Assembly: GCA_040879435.1 (NCBI GenBank)
Contig: JBBDKG010000013.1
Span: 18,271 to 82,270 of the forward strand
Length of the DNA stretch: 64,000 bases
Direction: 5' to 3'
Source: Minisyncoccota bacterium
Lineage (GTDB): Bacteria; Patescibacteriota; Minisyncoccia; Phycocordibacterales; UBA918
The position numbers were made by a program, and so were the translations under genes. Positions 54,249 through 63,890 of this stretch are shown here, one piece after another (within the stretch, counting starts at the first letter, position 1; each line of letters opens with the position of its first letter). Below the pieces are notes generated by a model that saw only the letters and a list, made by a program, of their open reading frames with translations, had not been told where the DNA came from and ran no database searches.

Positions 54249-55646
54249 ATGTTTGACCTAAAAGTGATCAACGCCGTCCTCGCAGAAATGGAGGAGGAAC
54301 GCGGTATTCCCCGCGAACGTATGCTCGACGCCATCGAGCAGGCGCTTGCGACCGCATACAAGAAGGAGTTCGGCAAACGCGGCCAGATCGTACGCACGGA
54401 ATTTGATATTGCCACCGGCACCACCACCTTCAACCAGATCAAGATCGTCGTCGACGAGAGTATGATACGTGATGAGGATGAGGAAGACGAGGAGGATGAG
54501 CCAACGGACGATGAGACCATCGAACTGGACAAGAAGGTCCGCTTTGATCCGGAAAAGCACATCATGATCGAGAGCGCACGTCTCATCAAAAAGGACGTGC
54601 AGGTGGGTGATGAGCTTGTATTCCCGCTTGAACCAAAGGATGACTTTGGCCGTATCGCAGCACAGACCGCAAAACAGGTCATCATCCAGAAGATCCGTGA
54701 AGCGGAAAAGGATTCTGCGCTCGCAGAGTTCGGCCAGAAAGAGGGCGACATTGTGGTCGGCCACGCACAGCGGTTTGAACGTGGCAACCTCTACGTGGAC
54801 CTTGGCCGTGTGACCGGTATCATGCCGTACGACGAGCAGATTCCTGGCGAGCGCTTCCGACCTGGTGAACGTATCCGCGCACTACTCCTCACCGTCGACG
54901 AGACCGCCCGAGGCATCTATCTCAAACTGACACGCTCGCACCCGAATTTCCTCGCCACACTCTTCGCGATCGAAGCGCCTGAACTTGCGAATGGTTCTAT
55001 TGAGATCAAAGCGATTGCACGTGAAGCCGGTTCCCGCTCGAAGATCGCTGTCGCATCACTTGATGAGCACCTTGACCCGGTCGGATCACTGGTCGGCCAG
55101 CGCGGTGTTCGTGTGGCGACGGTCATGAGTGAGCTCGGAGGTGAAAAGATCGACGTCATCGAGTGGTCACCTGATCCTATGGAATTCATTGAAGAGGCCC
55201 TCTCGCCTGCGCACGTACTGTCCGTACGAATCGAGACAGAGCCCAATGATGAGGCCGGTGACCGAGGACATGCGATCGTTGAGGTCGCACCCGACCAGCA
55301 GTCGCTTGCGATCGGACGCGGCGGACAGAATGTACGCCTTGCTGCAAAACTGACTGGCTGGAAGATCGATATTGTCTCTGCACAGACCGGCGAGCAGGTC
55401 GCGGAAGCTGAGGGTGACTCTGTGGAGATCGCGGACAAGGTCGAAGCGGAGCCAGTGGTAGAGAGCGTGCCTACTGAAACTGACGAAACAGCGGACCGTG
55501 ACGAGACAGAAACAACGAAACAAGAAGAAGATACTACCGATACTCCAGAGGCAGCCGAGGAGAAAGTTGAAGAAGGAAAAGAGATGGCTGAAGCGGAAGA
55601 TGAGAAATCTGCTGGTGATGACAACGACACTGAAAAGAGTGCATAA
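54249..55646 (+). CDS. nusA: transcription termination/antitermination factor NusA with an acidic C-terminal tail
   Basis: MFDLKVINAVLAEMEEERGIPRE...; S1 and KH domains (GQRGVRVATV, IGRGGQNVRLAAKLTGWKIDI). Confidence 0.9.
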   Translation: MFDLKVINAVLAEMEEERGIPRERMLDAIEQALATAYKKEFGKRGQIVRTEFDIATGTTTFNQIKIVVDESMIRDEDEEDEEDEPTDDETIELDKKVRFDPEKHIMIESARLIKKDVQVGDELVFPLEPKDDFGRIAAQTAKQVIIQKIREAEKDSALAEFGQKEGDIVVGHAQRFERGNLYVDLGRVTGIMPYDEQIPGERFRPGERIRALLLTVDETARGIYLKLTRSHPNFLATLFAIEAPELANGSIEIKAIAREAGSRSKIAVASLDEHLDPVGSLVGQRGVRVATVMSELGGEKIDVIEWSPDPMEFIEEALSPAHVLSVRIETEPNDEAGDRGHAIVEVAPDQQSLAIGRGGQNVRLAAKLTGWKIDIVSAQTGEQVAEAEGDSVEIADKVEAEPVVESVPTETDETADRDETETTKQEEDTTDTPEAAEEKVEEGKEMAEAEDEKSAGDDNDTEKSA

Positions 55647-55688
55647 TACTTGGAAACAACTTACAACACGTAACCACACACATACGTT

Positions 55689-56213
55689 ATGAACCTACTA
55701 CACGACATCCCTGCAGGAACCGCTGACGAAATGAACGTCATCATCGAGATCCCGAAGTACTCGAAGAACAAGTACGAGATCGACAAAGAGACGGGCATCA
55801 TCGCACTCGACCGTGTGATGCATTCAGCGCAAGACTACCCATTCGACTACGGCTTCGTGCCGCAGACCCTCTACGATGACGGCGACGCGCTTGATGTCGT
55901 GGTGATCACGACCTATCCGCTTGCACCCGGCATCCTCTTGAAAGCACGCCCGGTCGCGATCATGGAGATGGTCGACGGCGGTGAACGCGACGACAAGGTC
56001 GTTGCAGTGCCGGTCGAGGACCCGCGCTTCGACAACGTCAAGGACCTCAAAGATCTCAATCAGCACTTTCAGAAGGAAATGAGTCACTTCTTTGAAACAT
56101 ACAAGAAAGTACAGAACAAAGAGGTTTCAGTAGGAGCATGGCATGGGGCGGACGAGGCCAAAAAAGCATTCGAGAAGAGTCGCGAGATGTACGAGGCGAA
56201 GAAAACCGCTTAA
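55689..56213 (+). CDS. ppa: inorganic pyrophosphatase (family I)
   Basis: The product contains EIPKYSKNKYEID and DGDALDVVV. Confidence 0.92.
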   Translation: MNLLHDIPAGTADEMNVIIEIPKYSKNKYEIDKETGIIALDRVMHSAQDYPFDYGFVPQTLYDDGDALDVVVITTYPLAPGILLKARPVAIMEMVDGGERDDKVVAVPVEDPRFDNVKDLKDLNQHFQKEMSHFFETYKKVQNKEVSVGAWHGADEAKKAFEKSREMYEAKKTA

Positions 56214-56222
56214 ACTAACAAC

Positions 56223-56258
56223 AAACGGCCGGTCTCCATGTAGACCGGCCGTTTGTTG
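56223..56258. terminator. intrinsic terminator after ppa
   Basis: The sequence is aaacggccggtctccatgtagaccggccgtttgttg. Confidence 0.85.
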
Positions 56259-56352
56259 TGCATAATTGCCGTTTTGTATTACCTGACACAGGCTTATACT
56301 TGAGGGCAAGCCGCTGAGGAGGTATGGCACTGTCCCACCACTAACACAACCT

Positions 56353-57024
56353 ATGCATAAAACATTCAAACAGCTCAAGATCACCTTTACCACCATTTCC
56401 CTGCTCGTCCTACTCGTCGTCTCGTTCATTCTGTTCGTTGCCCAGATAGCACTTGCTCAATCCCCCGACGTCCGGACAGGGGTCGAAACGCGCCAAACGA
56501 CAACGACCGGCACGTCATCGCGTCCAATGCTCTCAGAGCGGCGAGCAGCATTCCAAACGCTCCGCGAATCATTCGCAGCAGCGCAGGCAGACCATCGCGC
56601 AACCCGAGCCGAACGGATCGCCGAGATACAGGAACGCCGTGCTGAGAACCGAGCCGCTCTCACCGCTGCGGCACAGTCGCGGATAAACACACTGGCTGAT
56701 ACTGCCGCAGACCGCCTGATCGCTGAGGCTGAGAAGCTCGCAGCGATCGTGGACCGGATGCAGACATACGCAGAGACACTTTCCGGTCAGGGAGTTGACG
56801 TTGCGGCAGAGGTCGCCGCGCTTGAAAGTGTTGACGCGCTACTTGAAGACGCACTTGCAGCACTTCGTGGCATCGATATCGATATTGAATACATCGTCAC
56901 CTCCGACAAACCTATGACGGATTGGAGTGAGGTACGTGCACAGTTTGTGCGGATCAAAGACGTTCTCATCGAAGCACGTCAGCTACTGCGCGAGACCGTC
57001 GTTGCTCTTAAGGCAAAGCAATAA
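56353..57024 (+). CDS. secreted/membrane-anchored coiled-coil hypothetical protein
   Basis: Signal/anchor (ITFTTISLLVLLVVSFILFVAQIALA) followed by Ala/Glu/Arg-rich helices. Confidence 0.4.
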   Translation: MHKTFKQLKITFTTISLLVLLVVSFILFVAQIALAQSPDVRTGVETRQTTTTGTSSRPMLSERRAAFQTLRESFAAAQADHRATRAERIAEIQERRAENRAALTAAAQSRINTLADTAADRLIAEAEKLAAIVDRMQTYAETLSGQGVDVAAEVAALESVDALLEDALAALRGIDIDIEYIVTSDKPMTDWSEVRAQFVRIKDVLIEARQLLRETVVALKAKQ

Positions 57025-57039
57025 TCATTGAAACTATCT

Positions 57040-57477
57040 ATGGAACAGAACCAACCACAGCCAGAACAAAACCAGGCACCGGACATCTCGGATGCGGAGT
57101 TGAAGATGCCTGAAGAACAGTTCGGTGAATCGGAACCGGTGAAGGAAGGCCGCGGAATGCTTGTACCTCTCCTCATCCTACTTATCCTCGCATTGGCTGG
57201 CATACTGGGTGCGCTCGTTCTCTGGGGTGAGGAACTGATGGGAATCATACTTGGCGAACAGACTCCTGAGCAGGAAGAGGCTATGGAGTCCACTGCGACC
57301 ACAAGCGACGAAATGACCGCCGATACAACAGGAGCTGAGACAGCTGCAACACAACCGGACTTTAATGCTATCGAGGCAGAGCTTGAAGGTGACGGCTTTA
57401 CCACCTTTGAGAACGACATGGGTGCAATTGATTCGGAGATCGAGAACGACACGCAGTCCACAACGACCACTGAGTAG
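57040..57477 (+). CDS. acidic single-TM hypothetical protein
   Basis: MEQNQPQPEQ...GRGMLVPLLILLILALAGILGALVLW, followed by a Glu/Thr/Asp-rich tail. Confidence 0.35.
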   Translation: MEQNQPQPEQNQAPDISDAELKMPEEQFGESEPVKEGRGMLVPLLILLILALAGILGALVLWGEELMGIILGEQTPEQEEAMESTATTSDEMTADTTGAETAATQPDFNAIEAELEGDGFTTFENDMGAIDSEIENDTQSTTTTE

Positions 57478-57489
57478 CTACCGTGACAC

Positions 57490-57530
57490 AAACACCCGCC
57501 CGGCAATGCTGGGCGGGTGTTTGCATTTTC
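57490..57530 (+). terminator. intrinsic terminator
   Basis: The sequence is aaacacccgcccggcaatgctgggcgggtgtttgcattttc. Confidence 0.8.
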
Positions 57531-57584
57531 AAGTGAGACCAGTACACTACGCCGGTCAATTGCATACATAACACTATTGAAACA

Positions 57585-58745
57585 ATGGATTACATAAAAA
57601 ACTTCACCGTCACAAAAGGCACCGGCTCGGAGGTCACCATCACCGGTGAGATTCCGTTTGAGGAAGTCGAGAAGCACCGGAGTGCTGCGCTAAAGAAGCT
57701 AGGTGCGAACGTGAAGCTTGACGGTTTCCGTGAAGGTCATGTTCCTGAGGATGTGCTCGTGCGCACGGTCGGCGACGGGGCACTCATGGCTGAGATGGCA
57801 GAACGTGCTCTTGCTCGTGCATACCCTGCGGTGGTGAAGGAGCATACACTAGATGTGGTCGGCCACCCACAGATACAGATCACGAAACTTGCACCGGACA
57901 ATCCGCTCGGATTCACCGCCACGGTCGCAGTTCTCCCTGAGATCACGCTTCCTGATGTGAAGCAGGTTGCGAAAGAGACCAACCTCGGGAAGGCTGCAAC
58001 CGAAGTCACCGACGAAGAGGTAGAAACGCAGGTGAAGGATATCCTTCGCCAGAAGCTTGCCTACGAACGCCTGCAGAAAAAGGCGGCTGCGAAGAAGAAC
58101 GACGACGGTACGGTCGACCTCCCCACACCTGAAACACATACACACGCCGACGGCACCGTGCACGAAGGACCGGCACACGACGATCCGGCAGAAGAAGTGA
58201 AAGCGGTAACCGACGATGAGCTACCCGAACTCACTGATGAGTATGTGAAGGAACTCGGACAACCGGGACAGTTCGAGACAGTAGCGGACTTTAAATCAAA
58301 ACTCAAAGAGCACCTGCAGATCGAGAAGGAACGTGAAGTGAAGGCCGCCCACCGTGCACTGATCACCGACAAGATCATCGAAGAAAGTGCTTTTGAAGTA
58401 CCAAAGGTGATGATCGACGCCGAACTGAACCAAATGTTCGCCCAGATGAACGAGGACCTCACTCGTGCAAACCTGAAGATCGACGACTACCTCACACACA
58501 TCAAGAAAACAAAGGAGGACCTCGAGAATGAGTGGCGTCCGGCTGCTGAAAAGCGTGCCCGACTCCAACTGATACTCAATGAGATCGCGAAGAAGGAAGA
58601 TATCAAACCGGACCAGGCTGCGGTCGAGCAGGAGGTAGAGAACCTGCTTGAGCAGTACAAGGACGCGGACGAAACACGAGTGCGGACGTACGTCGCGTCA
58701 GTGCTTCAGAACGAGGCGGTGATGCAGATGCTGGAGAGTCAATAA
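57585..58745 (+). CDS. tig: trigger factor (short form, 386 aa)
   Basis: Ribosome-binding N-domain (MDYIKNFTVTKGTGSEVTITGEIPFEEVEKHR...FREGHVP) and a C-terminal chaperone domain. Confidence 0.8.
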   Translation: MDYIKNFTVTKGTGSEVTITGEIPFEEVEKHRSAALKKLGANVKLDGFREGHVPEDVLVRTVGDGALMAEMAERALARAYPAVVKEHTLDVVGHPQIQITKLAPDNPLGFTATVAVLPEITLPDVKQVAKETNLGKAATEVTDEEVETQVKDILRQKLAYERLQKKAAAKKNDDGTVDLPTPETHTHADGTVHEGPAHDDPAEEVKAVTDDELPELTDEYVKELGQPGQFETVADFKSKLKEHLQIEKEREVKAAHRALITDKIIEESAFEVPKVMIDAELNQMFAQMNEDLTRANLKIDDYLTHIKKTKEDLENEWRPAAEKRARLQLILNEIAKKEDIKPDQAAVEQEVENLLEQYKDADETRVRTYVASVLQNEAVMQMLESQ

Positions 58746-58811
58746 CAATACATCGCGCATAGAAAAAACCCGCCGATTGCTCGGCGGGTTTCGTTTGAAG
58801 ATCAGGAGCGT

Positions 58812-59927
58812 TCAGAACATCGGACCTGACGAATCAATCGCTTGATTGATTTGCGCGCGCAACGTACCGCGGTGATCATCATCTTCTCCCTGCGAAGGAG
58901 TGAGGAGAGTCGTTTCCTCCGTGAGGATCCGCTCGATCGCTGCTGCTTCAAGCAGAAATGGACCGTACTGGGCCACGATTGCGATAGCGTCCCCTTGATT
59001 CACATGCACGATGGGATCAAAAAGGTCCGAAAAACGCACCATTTCGCGGCGCAGCACCGGCTGAGCAATTTCTCGGAGCTGTACATCGATTTTTGGCACG
59101 AACTCGACCGCATCCGGTTCCGCTGTGACAAAAAAGTCAACGCCGTTCTTGTCAAGAAGCACGATCTTCTCAGCCACCTGTTGCGGCGGGGTCGGGAGAT
59201 TGATCGTAAGTTTCGCGACAGCATCTGCTGGCGTCCGATTACCAGGGAAGAGATCGCGAAGAAGATCAAGGTGCGACTTCCCGCGGAGGTACGCTCGCAC
59301 AACACGACGCGGATTATAGCTCGACGGGAGCCCTTTGAACAAGAATATGACCGCGGCAAAAGCCAACGTCGTCCCGAGCATTACTTGCACCCACCCTGAC
59401 ATTGGTCCAAAAAATGAGTCGATCGATACAGGGGCTACAAAAACGACACCGAGCGCCAGGCAAACATAGACGATGTTCAAGGTAAAAAGACGCTCTGTAA
59501 TGGGAATGAAGTCAGGCATCGCCGCATTCACAGACCCATTCTCGTTGAATCCGAACTCGAATAGGTCATACTGCTTCCGAATGGCATCCCACGCACCGCG
59601 TGGAATGAGCGCAAGCGGTTCAACACCAATCTTCGTGAGCTTGTCACGAAGCGCCCTCGCATCCCGTTCATACTGGTCGATATCAGCCCGGAGCTTCGCG
59701 ATCTGGTACAGGTGTTCGTTCGAGATACGCTGCCTTGTCTTCTGCTCCTCGCGCGCAGCGTGATCGATGTCCCGTATCTCGAGACCGTTGATAATCCGCG
59801 TTTGCGGGATCTCCTCGTCGATTGTCGGGTTCGCTGCTCGCTCTTTCAGGGTCGCTATGCGTACGGCAACCCGCTCCTCAACGGTACGTTCAATCTCTTT
59901 GAACGTCTCTGCATGTGGATGAATCAT
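58812..59927 (-). CDS. hypothetical membrane protein (N-terminal coiled coil, 2 TM, C-terminal domain)
   Basis: 371 aa; TM helices at LNIVYVCLALGVVFVAPV and VQVMLGTTLAFAAVIFLF. Confidence 0.45.
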   Translation of the reverse strand: MIHPHAETFKEIERTVEERVAVRIATLKERAANPTIDEEIPQTRIINGLEIRDIDHAAREEQKTRQRISNEHLYQIAKLRADIDQYERDARALRDKLTKIGVEPLALIPRGAWDAIRKQYDLFEFGFNENGSVNAAMPDFIPITERLFTLNIVYVCLALGVVFVAPVSIDSFFGPMSGWVQVMLGTTLAFAAVIFLFKGLPSSYNPRRVVRAYLRGKSHLDLLRDLFPGNRTPADAVAKLTINLPTPPQQVAEKIVLLDKNGVDFFVTAEPDAVEFVPKIDVQLREIAQPVLRREMVRFSDLFDPIVHVNQGDAIAIVAQYGPFLLEAAAIERILTEETTLLTPSQGEDDDHRGTLRAQINQAIDSSGPMF

Positions 59928-60064
59928 TGTTTCACTCCTCCTTGGCTTCTTTCATTGACGGAGAACTCTGCGGGTAGCATATACACACATCGAAAGAAGT
60001 CAATGACCTGGCATCTCTATACATACCATGATAGGTTTGCAACAGATGGAGAAGGAACGGAATA

Positions 60065-60325
60065 ATGATCGAAACACCACTCGAGTGGTTTGTGGTAATC
60101 ATCGGCACAGTCACTTTCTTCGCCGGATGGTATTGCCATAAGAAAGCCTTCAAGTACACGATGTCGGAGCTCCTATCTGATCCGCTAGGCTTGGTGTACC
60201 GCAAAGAAATGCACAATATGCTAAGTTTTCTGTGCTTTACGACGAGCCTCTTTGCCGCAGGATTTGTCTTGAACGTGACCGCTATACTCTTCGTTGGCAT
60301 CGCTATTTTTGTGGTGACGCGATAG
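60065..60325 (+). CDS. small membrane protein (2-3 TM)
   Basis: The product begins MIETPLEWFVVIIGTVTFFAGWYCHKK and ends LFAAGFVLNVTAILFVGIAIFVV. Confidence 0.4.
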   Translation: MIETPLEWFVVIIGTVTFFAGWYCHKKAFKYTMSELLSDPLGLVYRKEMHNMLSFLCFTTSLFAAGFVLNVTAILFVGIAIFVVTR

Positions 60326-60333
60326 AGATACGA

Positions 60334-60367
60334 GAGCCCGCCGGTGTACCGGCGGGCTTTTATATGG
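60334..60367 (+). terminator. intrinsic terminator
   Basis: The sequence is gagcccgccggtgtaccggcgggcttttatatgg. Confidence 0.75.
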
Positions 60368-60421
60368 ATTGTCTCTCCCCTTTCTGCTACCATGCGTGCA
60401 CAGGTTAATTTGGAATTGGAT

Positions 60422-61021
60422 ATGGAAAAAGATATAAGTACACAGAACATGCTCGTACCGATGGTCATCGAGAAGACCGTGGGCGGCGAACGCGCATTCG
60501 ACATCTATTCACGACTACTAAAAGAACGCATCATCTTTGTGACCGGCCCGATCGAGGATCATATGGCAAACCTTGTGGTGGCCCAGCTCCTCTTTCTTGA
60601 GGCAGAGGACCCGAAGAAGGACATCTTCCTATACATCAACTCCCCGGGAGGAAGTGTCACTTCGACACTCGCGATGATCGACACCATGCACCACATCAAA
60701 CCGGACGTTGCGACCGTATGTGTGGGTATGGCGGCATCTGGTGGAGCGCTATTGCTCTCGCAGGGCGCGAAGGGCAAGCGATACATGCTCCCGAACGCGG
60801 AAGTGATGATCCATCAACCACTTGGTGGCGCGCAGGGTCAGGCCTCAGACATCGAGATCACTGCCCGCCACATCCTCAAGACACGTGAACGGCTGAACAA
60901 GATGCTTGCGAAGGCGACCAAGCAGCCTCTCGCAAAGATCGAGAAGGACGTTGACCGTGACTTCTTCATGGACGCAGAGGAGTCAAAAAAGTACGGCATC
61001 ATTGACGAAGTATACAAGTAG
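60422..61021 (+). CDS. clpP: ATP-dependent Clp protease proteolytic subunit
   Basis: The product contains [18 protein letters not shown]...[14 protein letters not shown]...MIHQPLGG (Ser-His-Asp triad). Confidence 0.92.
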   Translation: MEKDISTQNMLVPMVIEKTVGGERAFDIYSRLLKERIIFVTGPIEDHMANLVVAQLLFLEAEDPKKDIFLYINSPGGSVTSTLAMIDTMHHIKPDVATVCVGMAASGGALLLSQGAKGKRYMLPNAEVMIHQPLGGAQGQASDIEITARHILKTRERLNKMLAKATKQPLAKIEKDVDRDFFMDAEESKKYGIIDEVYK

Positions 61022-61171
61022 GCAGCTAAACGACCGAGAACAACGAGCGTCGCCCTTCGGGCGGCGCTCGTTGCTTTTATGGCGCATTTTGGTAGTGTTG
61101 ACACATACAACGTACGGTTGCCTGACAGATACGGACGCACGACTGCATTATTTATCAATCACACATACACT

Positions 61172-62701
61172 ATGCCCATACTGATAGCACTTGGCGCGGC
61201 TGGTGTTGCATTGCTCCTTGGGATCATCGCCGGATACTATCTCCGGTACTTCCACGCACTCTCGAAACATTCGTCGATCGAACTGGAACTCAAGGAAAAG
61301 ACGCTTGAGGCCGAACGACGGGCGATTGAGATCGTTGAACGCGCCGAAACGAAGGCCGAAAAGCTCGAACGTGAGACGAAGGACGCGTGCCGCACCCGCG
61401 AAGAGAAACTGCAACACAAAGAGGAGCGACTAGAAAAAAAGGAGGAACTGCTCGATGAGAGACAAATCGAGGTCGACTCGCAGATCGAGCATGTGCGCAC
61501 GAAGATCGACGAGATCAAACGCATCAAGACACAGCTCGATGAACGTGGTGGGGAACTTCAGTCAAAACTGGAGGAGATCGCCGGCCTCACCAAAGAGGAG
61601 GCGCTGGAACGTCTGTTGGCGACAGTTGAAACGGAGCGGGAGCAGGACATGGTGTCCCGCATCACCAAACTCCAGATGCTCGGTGACGAGCAATATGAAT
61701 CAAAGGCACGCGACCTGCTGCTTGCTGCTATTCATCGTGTGGGCAATACCATGCCGACCAACATCATGACCGCGAGTGTTGAACTACCGAGTGATGACCT
61801 CAAGGGCAAGATCATCGGAAAAGAAGGTCGCAACGTACGTGCATTCGAACGTATGACCGGCGTTGATGTGCTCATCGACGATACGCCTGGATACGTCATT
61901 CTCTCCTCGTTCGACCCGATTCGACGGGAGATCGCTCGTGTGGCGCTTGAGGCACTCCTCAAGGACGGACGCATTCAGCCAGCAAAGATCGAGGAAGTGG
62001 TCGAGGACGCACGCAAATCGGTCGCCACGACCATCCGCCAGATGGGCGAGAAGGCGGCGTACGAAGCAGGGGTATCAAATCTACATCCGGACCTCATCAC
62101 CATTCTTGGACGATTGCACTTCCGCACCAGCTACGGACAGAATGTTCTCTGGCACTCGGTTGAGATGGCACATATCGCCGGTATGATCGCTGAAGAAGTC
62201 GGTGCGGATGTGAACACAGCGCGGGCGGGTGCACTCCTTCACGACATCGGGAAGACCGTGAGTCACGAGGTGCAGGGTACGCATGTTGAGATCGGTATCC
62301 GCATCCTCAAGAAGTACGGGGTTGACGAGAAGGTCATCCTCGCAATGCGTGCGCACCACGAGGAGTATCCATACGAGACGCCTGAATCCATCATCGTACA
62401 GGTTGCCGACGCGGTCTCAGGCGGGCGGCCCGGAGCGCGGCGCGACTCCATCGAGAACTACATCAAGCGTCTGACCGAGCTTGAATCGATCGCGAATGCC
62501 CTTTCCGGTGTTGAACGTGCGTTCGCTATCGCTGCCGGTCGTGAGATACGCGTGTTGGTGAATCCGACCGAACTCAATGAGTTCCAGACACACGAACTCG
62601 CACGTACTATCGCAACAACGATCGAGGCTCAGCTTCGATACCCTGGCGAGATTAAGGTGCATGTGATCCGGGAAACGAGAGTTATCTCGTACGCTCGCTA
62701 A
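61172..62701 (+). CDS. rny: ribonuclease Y
   Basis: An N-terminal TM, a coiled coil, a KH domain (KGKIIGKEGRNVRAFERMTGVDVLIDD) and an HD domain (ALLHDIGK...H). Confidence 0.9.
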   Translation: MPILIALGAAGVALLLGIIAGYYLRYFHALSKHSSIELELKEKTLEAERRAIEIVERAETKAEKLERETKDACRTREEKLQHKEERLEKKEELLDERQIEVDSQIEHVRTKIDEIKRIKTQLDERGGELQSKLEEIAGLTKEEALERLLATVETEREQDMVSRITKLQMLGDEQYESKARDLLLAAIHRVGNTMPTNIMTASVELPSDDLKGKIIGKEGRNVRAFERMTGVDVLIDDTPGYVILSSFDPIRREIARVALEALLKDGRIQPAKIEEVVEDARKSVATTIRQMGEKAAYEAGVSNLHPDLITILGRLHFRTSYGQNVLWHSVEMAHIAGMIAEEVGADVNTARAGALLHDIGKTVSHEVQGTHVEIGIRILKKYGVDEKVILAMRAHHEEYPYETPESIIVQVADAVSGGRPGARRDSIENYIKRLTELESIANALSGVERAFAIAAGREIRVLVNPTELNEFQTHELARTIATTIEAQLRYPGEIKVHVIRETRVISYAR

Positions 62702-62702
62702 C

Positions 62703-62736
62703 AAAACTCCCGGTATTGCCGGGAGTTTTGTTATTG
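62703..62736. terminator. intrinsic terminator between rny and pheA
   Basis: The sequence is aaaactcccggtattgccgggagttttgttattg. Confidence 0.8.
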
Positions 62737-63294
62737 CAGCTTCTTAGCCGCGATGAAGGTCGTGTAGTTATACTTCAGGTCCTGAATGGAGGTCTCGAGA
62801 ACTTCAAGTCCGTAGAGGTCGGCACACCGCCGCGGTGCAATGACCGCAGTGGTACTTGGGAGTTCCCCATCGTGGAGCGCCTTTGCGGCTGCTGCAGTGT
62901 CCTTGAATTCGGCGATCTCAGCATCCGGCCACGCACGTTTGAGGTACATACGGCACTGTTTAATGGCCTGGTCGTGTGAGGTGATGCAGGTAATATGGGA
63001 GGCTGTAACACCCGGTAATACCAGGAGATTGTGGTGTACGTCGAGTTCGAACATCCGTTCGATGACGAACTGATGTTTTGCCATCGCATGCACCGCATCG
63101 ATCACGATACCGCCATTGCTGTTCTCGATCGGGAAGATCCCACGATCGATCTCCCCTGTTTCAAGGCTTGTAAGCACCGTTTCTGCGGAAATAAGGGGCA
63201 CTATCTCCCCCGCTGCGATCTTCTCAAGTTGCAGATACATCTCTCCTGCCTGTTCAGAAAAGCTCCCGCGTGCACCCATAACACCGATCTTCAT
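62731..63294 (-). CDS. pheA: prephenate dehydratase catalytic (PDT) domain protein lacking an ACT domain
   Basis: The product begins MKIGVMGARGSFSEQAG and contains TCITSHDQAIKQC and FIAAKK; the start is ATG 63294 or 63312. Confidence 0.7.
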   Translation of the reverse strand: MKIGVMGARGSFSEQAGEMYLQLEKIAAGEIVPLISAETVLTSLETGEIDRGIFPIENSNGGIVIDAVHAMAKHQFVIERMFELDVHHNLLVLPGVTASHITCITSHDQAIKQCRMYLKRAWPDAEIAEFKDTAAAAKALHDGELPSTTAVIAPRRCADLYGLEVLETSIQDLKYNYTTFIAAKKLQ

Positions 63295-63483
63295 AGGGTG
63301 TGATGATACCATACTGACTTTTCTGCGACCTTCCATAAAAAATTACGACACAAAAACATCGTCCCACAAGTCATTGCAGCAGGAAAACCTTGCTATATAA
63401 TGTTTTCAAGCCAATTTAAGCGGCAGTGTCGCATTCGCGTCACGAATCATTACACGCCAGTTATAAAATTCTTCAGAACATTT

Positions 63484-63756
63484 ATGAACAAGGCAGACAT
63501 CATCAACAAAGTGCATGAAGAGCTCGACGTTACCAAGGCGGATGCAGAGCGCGCGGTAGAAACGGTGATCAGCAGCATCGTGAACGCGCTTAAGGACGGC
63601 ACTGAGGTCTCAATCGCAGGTCTTGGTATCTTCTCAGCCAAGATGCGAAACGCACGCAGCGCGCGCAACCCTCGCACCGGCGAGACCATTCAGGTCCCTG
63701 CAATGCGCGTACCAAAGTTCCGCGCAGCGAAGGCGCTCAAGGATGCGGTGAAGTAA
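63484..63756 (+). CDS. hup: HU-family DNA-binding protein
   Basis: The product begins MNKADIINKVHEELDVTKADAERAVETVISSI and contains GFGIFSAKMRNARSARNPRTGETIQVPA. Confidence 0.9.
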   Translation: MNKADIINKVHEELDVTKADAERAVETVISSIVNALKDGTEVSIAGLGIFSAKMRNARSARNPRTGETIQVPAMRVPKFRAAKALKDAVK

Positions 63757-63774
63757 CCACCTCTCTAAAGATAC

Positions 63775-63810
63775 AAAACCCCGTAGGCAAGACCTACGGG
63801 GTTTTGTATA
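63775..63810 (+). terminator. intrinsic terminator after hup
   Basis: The sequence is aaaaccccgtaggcaagacctacggggttttgtata. Confidence 0.85.
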
Positions 63811-63890
63811 CACGTACGGATAGAACACCAAGAATACTCGCAAACAGTGCTAAACTGAGCTCAGTACCGGTTCACTAGGGAGATGACCTC

